Shown here: piece by piece, positions 18,107-27,100 of the stretch
Position numbering within the stretch: position 1 is the first letter of the stretch
How the letters are laid out: each line of letters opens with the position of its first letter
The notes under the pieces: generated by a model
The model's database searches: none
Told to the model about the DNA's origin: nothing
Seen by the model: the letters and a program-made list of their open reading frames with translations, nothing else
Assembly (NCBI GenBank): GCA_040182905.1
Contig: JARQWU010000084.1
Span: 1 to 36,549 of the forward strand
Source of the DNA: Barthelona sp. PAP020
Taxonomy: Eukaryota
Direction: 5' to 3'
DNA length: 36,549 nt
Made by a program: the position numbers and the translations under genes

Positions 18107-19051
18107 TTAGAGGAAACCAATACCGAAATCAGAAGATTCTTCTTCTTCAGCTTCTTCTTCTTCTTCAGCTTCAGCTTGTTCAGCAGGAGCAGCTTCAACA
18201 GCAGCAACGGTAGCATAAGCATCAGGGTTGGCAATACGATCCATAATACCAGCAACTTCAGGGAAAGTGAATTCAGCTTCAACAGCAAGGGCGAAAACAT
18301 CCTTAACAGCGTTCATGACCATATGAGGAGCAGAAACAACGTTGGGAACGTTGGCACCAAGGGAGAAGGCGGTAACAGCAGAAATAGCTTCAGTGAGTTG
18401 AGATTGAACTTCTTCTTGAGTAAGATTGAGAAGCTCAGAGGGGAAGAAAGCACCATTTTCATAAGCCATAATAGGCTTAACCTTGTTTTCAAAGGCCATA
18501 AAGTTGATCTTTTGCATCAAAGTTTGATGAGCTTCAGTAACACGATCACCAGGAGAAAGAATGTGAATAGGGTTGACAATATCCAATTGCATGTTACGAG
18601 TGAAAGTTTGAATACCCAAGTTAAGGTTATAAAGGAAGTTGATTTCACCAGTAGGAAGACCAGTGGGACCAGCGGGAATGATAACATCGACATCAGAGAT
18701 TTGACCAGCCTTAGCATAAGCCTTAATGACATTTTCATTGACAGCCTTGTTAAGATCAGATAATTCACCATCAGTAAAGAAAAGAGCAACGTTCTTCTTT
18801 AAGTGAGGAATAACTTGAGCAAGTTCAGGTTTTGTCTTTGAAAGGTGTTCAAGGGCACGAACATAAAAACGGTTCTTAACGACATAAAGTTTTCCACCGA
18901 TTTCATCAGCAGCACGACGTACTTCAGTTAATTGACGGGATCCAACATTGTCCAAGCCGACAACAAGGAACTTGTTGTACTTGGCAAGAAGGTTTTTAAC
19001 GTTTTCAATTTCTTGAGTTTTTGTTGTTTTTGATTTTCTATCGACTGGCAT
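18107..19051 (-). CDS. RPLP0: 60S acidic ribosomal protein P0 (uL10)
   Basis: DNVGSRQL, AKAG, IPAGPTGL, and an Ala-rich hinge with acidic tail ending EEESSDFGIGFL. Confidence 0.95.
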   Translation of the reverse strand: MPVDRKSKTTKTQEIENVKNLLAKYNKFLVVGLDNVGSRQLTEVRRAADEIGGKLYVVKNRFYVRALEHLSKTKPELAQVIPHLKKNVALFFTDGELSDLNKAVNENVIKAYAKAGQISDVDVIIPAGPTGLPTGEINFLYNLNLGIQTFTRNMQLDIVNPIHILSPGDRVTEAHQTLMQKINFMAFENKVKPIMAYENGAFFPSELLNLTQEEVQSQLTEAISAVTAFSLGANVPNVVSAPHMVMNAVKDVFALAVEAEFTFPEVAGIMDRIANPDAYATVAAVEAAPAEQAEAEEEEEAEEEESSDFGIGFL

Positions 19052-19231
19052 TGATTAATAATCAGAAAAATTTAATCCAAAGAAAAATAAAAATTTTCAA
19101 CTTTATGAAATTTTTCAACTTTTTTTTGATGTTGTTATAATAATTGTATTGTTGTAGTAAATAATATGAATGTAAATTTCCCTGAAAAATTATTCATTTT
19201 TTGGAAGGTTGACGAAGAAAATTGAAATATT

Positions 19232-20542
19232 ATGGATTATGATTCGTCTGATGAAGAAACTCCCATTTCTTTAGGAGAATGGGATTGTTTAGCTTCTGAT
19301 GTACTGAGATTTCGATTTGTATCTTCTCCAGATTTTGATGATGAAAAAGAGGTCACATGGTATCCACCAACTTACCCAGAACAGGTTATCCCCAGGAATG
19401 TATTTCATGGATACAAGGATTTACGAATTAATATCACTGTATCATTACTTAGTTTGTCCATTTTGTATGAAATTCAATGCTCAGCGACATCTATTGAAAA
19501 AGATAATATTCATCGTTTATTAGTTGGGAAATTATTGGATCCTACTGCAGTAAAAATGACAGCCTCAAAGGATATTTTTAAAACATGGTTGAAAGAAGAA
19601 ATTGAAAATCCACCTGTGGCCGTTGGGGAAATTGTTGGAACACTTGAACCCAGACATGATTTGGGGGAAGTTATTGTTCGAAGGTTTCCATGCTATCTAC
19701 ACACGGATTTTATACGCACAGCCGAATTTTTGTTGCCCTTTTTTGTTGATGATGTTTTACCGTTGGAAGTTGATGATGATCCATGGCAAGCGTATACACT
19801 AACTTTGGACAACAAAATTGTTGGTTACATGACAAGATATTCCTTTTATGTATTTCCTGATCAAACGAAGACCAGATTGGCTCAGATATTGATTATTCCT
19901 GCATTTCAAAGAAGAGGTTTAGGTTCTAGATTATTGCATCAACTTCATTTGGAATCAATGGAAAACAATGGTGTGGAAGTTTTGGTTGAAGAACCTGCTC
20001 CAAACATGGTTCAAACAATGATTACTTATTATGTGAAATGTTTCAGGGAATACGGTTCATCTTGGTTATCAATGGATTTAACCAAACCTGAAACAATAGT
20101 TTGTACTGAAGAGGAACGTTTGGCAATAAAAGAGAAATATAAAATACCAGAAACTGAAATACACCGTGCCTTTGAAATGATTTTTTTTATCAAGCTGTTA
20201 AGAGGCTCCAACATAGATCTTTCAACTCTGCCTCAGGATGAAGAAGCCGTCCAAAAATTGTTGAAACGGAAATGTGACAAAATCGCTTTTGATAGGCTCA
20301 GATTTTTTGTTAAAAGAAGGCTTTTGTATTTGTATCAGGAAGAATTGAAAGATATTGGTGAAAAAGACGTTAAGAATGCGTTGGAAAAAATATTTTGGGT
20401 GGAAATGGCATACTTTGCATTGATTTGCAAACCTTTAGAACATCATGTGTTGGGTTTGGAAAGGAATGGTCCTAAATTGTTCACGTATTCCGCTATCCAC
20501 AAATTCAACATGAATGTGTTGCATTCTTCAAAGGATGAATAA
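19232..20542 (+). CDS. HAT1: Histone acetyltransferase type B catalytic subunit (HAT1-like GNAT)
   Basis: FHGYKDLRI, VGYMTRYSFYVFPD..RLAQILIIPAFQRRGLGSRL (acetyl-CoA motif A), VEEP and FVKRRL. Confidence 0.88.
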   Translation: MDYDSSDEETPISLGEWDCLASDVLRFRFVSSPDFDDEKEVTWYPPTYPEQVIPRNVFHGYKDLRINITVSLLSLSILYEIQCSATSIEKDNIHRLLVGKLLDPTAVKMTASKDIFKTWLKEEIENPPVAVGEIVGTLEPRHDLGEVIVRRFPCYLHTDFIRTAEFLLPFFVDDVLPLEVDDDPWQAYTLTLDNKIVGYMTRYSFYVFPDQTKTRLAQILIIPAFQRRGLGSRLLHQLHLESMENNGVEVLVEEPAPNMVQTMITYYVKCFREYGSSWLSMDLTKPETIVCTEEERLAIKEKYKIPETEIHRAFEMIFFIKLLRGSNIDLSTLPQDEEAVQKLLKRKCDKIAFDRLRFFVKRRLLYLYQEELKDIGEKDVKNALEKIFWVEMAYFALICKPLEHHVLGLERNGPKLFTYSAIHKFNMNVLHSSKDE

Positions 20543-20729
20543 ATTTCAAATAAATTTTTCTTTTGTTTTTCTTTGGTTTGTTTCAGGCATTGACATTAAA
20601 TTTATCATGGAAAAAGAAAATAAACATATTATAGCTTTATTTTGTTGATCTTCAAAATTGAGTCAAGTTCAAAAGAAACAATCCTGAGGAAAAATTTCAC
20701 GTTTCAACTAATAAAATAGAGCACCAATT

Positions 20730-20870
20730 CTAATGATGTCTTCCACCAGGCCCATGGGCATGAGGATGACCAGGATGTCCATGATGTCCAGTATGACCAG
20801 GAGGGGCGCCGTGAGGGTGACCATGATGACCATTGTTTGAATGATGTGGTCTTGATTGAAAACAACCCAT
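20730..20870 (-). CDS. Small His/Gly/Pro-rich peptide (46 aa) with predicted N-myristoylation/palmitoylation motif
   Basis: MGCFQSRPHHSNNGHHGHPHGAPPGHTGHHGHPGHPHAHGPGGRHH*. It forms a GC-rich island exactly bounded by ATG and TAG within very AT-rich DNA. It is below the ORF-track size cutoff. Confidence 0.8.
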   Translation of the reverse strand: MGCFQSRPHHSNNGHHGHPHGAPPGHTGHHGHPGHPHAHGPGGRHH

Positions 20871-21515
20871 TTAATTATTTCTTTAAAAAAAAATCAATGG
20901 TAAATTTGAAATTGATGAATTCTTTTCTTCCGGGAAGAATTTCCAAAAAAGAAAGCACATAAAATTCTGATTTGACCTCAGATTACTTTGTTTAGCACAA
21001 CTTTAATTGAGACTATGGAAAACCAAAAAAAAATCAAACTTGACCTCAATTAACTTTTTTCAGTAAAGACGTGTTTATGCAATAAACAACATAAAAATAA
21101 TGCAAAATTGTTTGCTTTGAGTTGAATCTCTGCACTAATAGTACATATTTGCACTTGAAATCTAATTTTCCATTTACTTCCAATTCCAAATAAAACAATG
21201 TTTCACCCAATTATTTTACATTGTCAACTTTTGTTTTGAAATTATTTTAAAGAACTATGGATGATTGATTAAAGTTTTTTTTTAAAAAAAAAAAAAATAA
21301 TCCGTTTTAAACATGAAATAATTTAAAAAAGAATCAAGAAAAAAATACTTTTGATAAAAATGCCAAAAAAAAGGAAAAACAAGGGAAAAAAAAAAACAAC
21401 CAAAACCTTCTCAACTATTAATTACAGATTGAATCTTTTAATCCACGAATTAATTAATAACATTTCGATTTAATATATTTACGATACTGGTAATTGAAAG
21501 AGAATTGATATTAAA

Positions 21516-23945
21516 ATGGGAACATTGTTTAAAAAATTTTTTGCACCATCTGAAGTGGATTTAAAGAGTTTATTAACAAAAAAGAATGTAACATCTACTG
21601 AAATATTATGTTCTGAAGATTTATTAGATAACTTAAGGATAGGAAAGAATGAAGAATTGTTAAATTGGATATTGTTGCCTAAAACTTTGAAAACTTTATT
21701 AACATTTCTTACATCTCCTGAAGATCTGAATCAGATATTAGTTGAAGAAAATTATCAAAATGACAGTCCTTCGCATGATATGAATTTTCATTTGCCTTGG
21801 ATTTCTTCTGAAATATTTCTTTCACATTTAATGGCTGATCACATGAAAGTTTTATTGGAAAAAGAATATTTTTTTCAGTTGCTGAGCATTTTCAATCTTG
21901 CTGAACCACCTGTTACTTTATCGTTATATTTTTGCAGAATAATATTGATGTTAGCGCAGGTGTATCCTCGTGAATTTGTTGATTTGTTGAAGGAACATAA
22001 TATAAACTTTGTGGAAAAAATTTGTTCCAAATTCATCATTTTTCCTTTTGTTGAATTGTTAGAAAAGTTGTTAAATCCTTTTATTATGGCAAATGAAATC
22101 AATCAATACATATTGGATTGTAACATAATTGATGTTTTGCTCGACAATTTTGACATTGTAAAGCATGAGATTCATAATCAACATTTAATTCAATTAGCTG
22201 TTGTCAAAACGTTGAATTCGATAGTGTGTTTGACTTATCCCGACAATAGCTTTCCGCAAATTACTAAAAATTTGATGAACAAGTTATCAATATTAATTGA
22301 TATTTCGTTTACATCGAAAACTGCGCTTTGTGGTATTTTACAGGTTTTAAAGTTATTAGTTTTAAGATTACAATCACCAGATGGAGCAGCTGTTGAATAT
22401 CAAAAGATTTCATTAAATGAAGGTCCACAACCTCAAAGTCAATTTCAAGAAGATGATCAAATGTATATAGAAGAGATATTATCTCCCTTTAGAAGAACCA
22501 TCCTTGATTTCATTCCTAGAATAATGAAAGTTTTTAAAAATCCTGATTTAATACCAGATATTTCACAAAACGAAGTTATTGGACCAGCTGTTGAAGGGGT
22601 AGGTGAGTTAAGAACAGAAATTTTGATTTTCTTCACTGCTTTAGGATATGTTGAAAGTTTCTATGCTAATTCAATAAAAATGAATAATGTTATACCTACT
22701 TTTTATAATTGTTTTGTTCAATACCCAAATTGCACATATTTTTCCTTGCAATTTCAGTTCTTTATTTATGGAGTTTTTGATAATTGTGTTGAAATATTGG
22801 ATCATATTTTTGATGAGTTTAATATTTGTGAAGAATTAGAACAAAGATATTTTGCCAGTGATAATTTAAATTTGAGAACATTTATTTTGGAAATTTGTTC
22901 GATTATTAGTGATATTAGAAATGTGTGTTTTAGTGAGGAGTTTCACAAAATAATGACAAAAACTATTTCTGATCGTCCATCATTTTTGGGTGGAATACAT
23001 CCTCAGAATATTGGCGAATATGGTTTTACTTCAAATGATTTGGATTCTTCTGGACTTTTACAAATTCAAAACAACACTGATTTCAAGGCAACAACTTTAT
23101 TGGACAATGACTTGTCTTTATCCTCGGATGAAGAGGAAGAAGAAGCTGTTAGTTTTGATGATCTTGTTTGTGATCCCAATGAAGGCGAACATTCAAGTGA
23201 AGAAGAAGATGATAATGAAGAAGAAGAAGAAGAAGAAGATGATGATGATGATGATGATGATGATTTTGGAGGAAAAGAATTTGGAGAAATTCATGTCATT
23301 GATGAAGTAAAAGTTGATGAAGTAATCATTGAACAGCAAGCAGAAAATAAAAATAATTTTGAAGAAATTGAGGTAAAAGTGGAAATAAAACCTGAAACAA
23401 TGGATGAAAAGGAAACTGTAAATAATTTCTTTTTTGATATGAATGTGGATGACATTCAACCTTTTACTTTTACTTCTGTTGCTGATCCTTCTGCAGGTTT
23501 AGCTCCAATGAGCGCTCCAATTGTTAAAGAACAAACCGAAGTTTCAATTCTTTCAAATCAAGTTGATTTCTTTGATGAAGGAATAGTTGCAGAAAAAAAA
23601 GAAACAAATACAAATTTGAATGAAGAAAAGCTGGAGGAATTCTTTGATTTTGTTTCTGATGATGTCAAAATATCAAATATTCCTGTAGAAACCAACAACA
23701 CATTTGAACAATTAGATTTTTTTAATGATTACATTGTAGAAAATAAACACCCTAATTTTGAGGAAAATTCTCTGAATTTTTTTGATGAAAAAGTTTTTGA
23801 CCAAGAAAAAGATGAAAGAGAAGAAACAAAAGAAGAAGAAAACAAAAAAGAAGAAGAAGAAGAAGAAGAAGAAGAAGAAGACATAATTATGGACAGCAAT
23901 GACATTGTTGAAGAATCAAATCCAAAGATATTTTTGGATGAATGA
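21516..23945 (+). CDS. SIT4/PP6 phosphatase-associated (SAPS domain) regulatory protein
   Basis: N-terminal LKSLL..TSTEILCSEDLL..NEELLNWI, LPWISSEIF, VGELRTEI and FVQYP, plus the long acidic C-terminus typical of SAPS/PP6R proteins. Confidence 0.75.
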   Translation: MGTLFKKFFAPSEVDLKSLLTKKNVTSTEILCSEDLLDNLRIGKNEELLNWILLPKTLKTLLTFLTSPEDLNQILVEENYQNDSPSHDMNFHLPWISSEIFLSHLMADHMKVLLEKEYFFQLLSIFNLAEPPVTLSLYFCRIILMLAQVYPREFVDLLKEHNINFVEKICSKFIIFPFVELLEKLLNPFIMANEINQYILDCNIIDVLLDNFDIVKHEIHNQHLIQLAVVKTLNSIVCLTYPDNSFPQITKNLMNKLSILIDISFTSKTALCGILQVLKLLVLRLQSPDGAAVEYQKISLNEGPQPQSQFQEDDQMYIEEILSPFRRTILDFIPRIMKVFKNPDLIPDISQNEVIGPAVEGVGELRTEILIFFTALGYVESFYANSIKMNNVIPTFYNCFVQYPNCTYFSLQFQFFIYGVFDNCVEILDHIFDEFNICEELEQRYFASDNLNLRTFILEICSIISDIRNVCFSEEFHKIMTKTISDRPSFLGGIHPQNIGEYGFTSNDLDSSGLLQIQNNTDFKATTLLDNDLSLSSDEEEEEAVSFDDLVCDPNEGEHSSEEEDDNEEEEEEEDDDDDDDDDFGGKEFGEIHVIDEVKVDEVIIEQQAENKNNFEEIEVKVEIKPETMDEKETVNNFFFDMNVDDIQPFTFTSVADPSAGLAPMSAPIVKEQTEVSILSNQVDFFDEGIVAEKKETNTNLNEEKLEEFFDFVSDDVKISNIPVETNNTFEQLDFFNDYIVENKHPNFEENSLNFFDEKVFDQEKDEREETKEEENKKEEEEEEEEEEDIIMDSNDIVEESNPKIFLDE
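23198..23263 (+). repeat. Coding trinucleotide repeats (GAA)n/(GAT)n giving poly-Glu/poly-Asp
   Basis: gaagaagaa...gatgatgat seen directly. A second (GAA)n run lies near 23850-23880. Confidence 0.9.
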
Positions 23946-24016
23946 AAGATATTAATCCAAAAACCTTTTTAAAATGAGTAAATCTTTGTTGCAATTTTTT
24001 TGTTCCTTTTTTCAAT

Positions 24017-24096
24017 CCCATCAATGACAAAAGTTCACAGAAACTTTGTGGGTGTCTCTTCACCAAGGGTATAATGACCGATAATTTTGGTGAAGA
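24017..24096. other. Tandem stem-loops between convergent genes
   Basis: CCC..ACAAAAGTT-CACAGA-AACTTTGT-GGG (24017-24052) and a perfect 10-bp stem, TCTTCACCAA (24057-24066) with TTGGTGAAGA (24087-24096). Confidence 0.55.
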
Positions 24097-24131
24097 AAAA
24101 AAAAAAGACTGTACAGTGTTTTATTGTGGAA

Positions 24132-27100
24132 TCAATAGTAATCATCAAAATATTCGGCATTTCCACCATTCTTCTGATTAACATCTACAAGATTTGCCAA
24201 TATTGGTTTGAGATCTTCCAATTCTTCAATATTTAAAAGAACTCCCCTTTTGATCAATTGAACAATATCGTCCCCAAATTGGTCAAAAATATTTTTCTTG
24301 TATAAATTGCATAACAAGCCATCAATTTGAAACTTTTGAGAAATTTCAATCAAAGAATTGGAAAAATTATCCCAATTTTCATCAGATTTTACAAATTTGG
24401 AAAAACCATCCAGTTCAAACAGTGAATATAATTGAATAGAATTTTCCCCACAACAAATGAAAAAATCTTCATTCAAATCAAAGTCTTTGATATATTTAAA
24501 ATCAGATTTAATCTCTTTTATAAGATTTAGTTTGAGATCAAAAATTTTGATGAGAGAATTGTTGCTTACAACAAGAATATATTTATCATTTTGAATGAAC
24601 CTGCACTTATTTGCTTTTGCGTTCAGTTTCAAAGTGTAAAGCACATCACCATCATTGTTCCAAATTTTCAAATGATCATCATTGGAAGCAGTTACAAAAT
24701 GAATACAATTTGTATCAAATTCCAAATCAAGAATTTCACGATTATTCATCAAAATATTGTCAAGTTCTTCATCAACAACATTTATTTCAACAGAAGCATC
24801 AGGAGCATCCACATTTTCCAATACTCTGATTGTTTGAATAATTTTAAGATCCATTAATCTCATCTTATAGATTAGACCATCATTAGAACATATTAAAATG
24901 AATTGTTTATTAGGAGCTACTTTAATTGATGAAGGAATTATGAATAAATTCTTTGAAACAATGATAGAAAAGGATAATAAACAATATTGTATCATTTCTC
25001 CTTTTTCGTTGATACTAATTAATGAATTATTATTATTGACCAAAATAATATCAATTATTTTCTCATTTTGAATGAAAACAGTTTTTTCTTTGGTAGAAAT
25101 ATCATAAATAACTATAGTTTTATCATTAGAACAAGTTATAAATTGATTATTATGATATATTAATTGATTAATTCTATTTGAATGTATTTTAATGGTATCT
25201 AACAATTTAATATGACTTTTATTGGAAATAATCTGCCAAATATTTAAAATATTTGATGAAATTGTTGTAAAAATATTTTGTTTTGAATCAATGAATTTGA
25301 TTGAATCAGGATATTCATTGTTTAAAGAGAATGTATCAAGTTCAGTAAATTTTAAATCTTGGTGAATGTTTAATGAGATATTTTTTTCATATTTTAACAA
25401 AAGATTAATATAATCAAAATTGATTGGAACTTTTTGGGAATTTATGTTGTTGTTGCATAATTCGAAAAATAATTTATTTGTTTCATAATTACATTCTAAC
25501 ATTTGTTTAAAACATAATAATTTATTATGATAATTTGCTAGACGTAAATATTTTTGTTGTTCCTCAATATTCGTAATCTTAGAAAAATTATACTCTTTGC
25601 TCAAAACTTTATCATCAACAACAGTTAGCAATTGATCTAAAGGTAATTCTACACAATATAATGGTTGAAATTGTTTGTCAAAATAATTTTTCATTTTTAA
25701 TACATTTCCTCCATTCTTCTTATTTTTCAATAAAATTTCTTCATCCAAACAACCATCTAACAATAAGTATTCTTCAGCAATAACATTCAATCCTGATTCA
25801 ATCAAAACCTTACTAAAATCATCATCAATAATTTTTCGACTCAATAAAGGTTTCAAAACACTTTTAGAAGCATGAATAAGAGTTCCATATTTAGTTGCAT
25901 TAATCAATTGTTGAATTAACACATTTCTGTTGTTTAGCAAAACATTTTTGAACTTTTCAAAGAAAAGTTCATAACTTTTGACAAATTTATATGCAATAAT
26001 TTCTTTATTCGTGGTTATTTCAATCATTTTATCAAATTTATTGAATTGAAAAGCCAGTATTTTGTTATCCATATCATCAAATTTATCTAAACTCATTTTC
26101 ATATTCAAAACTAAATTAATAATTATTGTATGTGTGTTAACATCAATTATAATGAACCTTCCTTTGGAAGTAATCAAGCCAATTTCACTTTCAATATCAT
26201 ATTTCTCCTTTAGATCAATAATTTTTTCACCTCTTTCCAAAAAAAGTTCAATTTTTTCAATATTCTCTTCGTTTTCATTGACATTTAATCTAAATAAATC
26301 ATTATTGACAATAAAATACAGTTCTTGAGTATTTTCACAAAATGCGCAACTCTTTATTGCAATATTGAGATCATTCAAATGGCGTATTTCATCTAAATTA
26401 GATTTCTTCAAAATAATTATGCCATTAGAAGTGCAAAGAATTATCCTATCAATCTCATCTTTTGTAACAAATATTTTCCAAATTCCCATGCACATAAACT
26501 TTTTTCTCATAATCAATTTTTGTGTCACAGTATCATACTTACATAAAATACCACCAGCATCACCACTATATACAAAATTTTCATCAATACAAAGACTAAA
26601 AATATTTGATTCATGTGTACAATATCTTTGATTGATTTTGATTTGATTTTCTTTTAACAAAAACTCAATGATATTAAAGGATCCAGATAATCCAATCAAT
26701 ATTTTATCATTATTCATAACAATACTTTGGATTGAAAATTTTTCACAAAAATTCATCAAACTTTCAAAAGTTTTGGTATCTTCAACAACTAATTCATCAT
26801 TATTCTTCACATATACATTAAAATTTGAATTAGAAAGATATTTTTGAACCTTTTCAAAGTTTTCAAAAGTTTTCATGATTTTTTTGTTTTCATCAATGAA
26901 TATTTCATTGTTAAACAATGAATGATCAACTATTAAACTTAATGAAAACAAATCAAGTTTATTTTTGTTCAATAATTCAATTGCAAGTCCTAAACCTTCA
27001 AAAGGTAAAAATTGCATTGAGAAAATTGATTTAATCAAAGAGAATCTTTCATTTAAGATACATTTATTGAGAATACATCTTAATAATTCTTGTTTATCAA

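Noticed and set aside
18089..18763. 224-aa + strand ORF, and the other short nested or antisense ORFs in the track
   Set aside because: These are shadows of real genes (RPLP0, OAT, cathepsin, WD40 and others) caused by codon bias. They have no recognisable motifs.
17717..20542. UFM1-RPLP0-HAT1 (with MCMBP) as a functional cluster, since UFM1 modifies the 60S subunit
   Set aside because: The known UFM1 target is RPL26, not P0. Adjacent housekeeping genes are expected in a compact genome, and I see no shared regulatory signal.
21131..21156. Two TGCACT motifs as metal-response elements for the His-rich peptide
   Set aside because: Neither matches the TGCRCNC core, and MTF-1 elements are an animal system.
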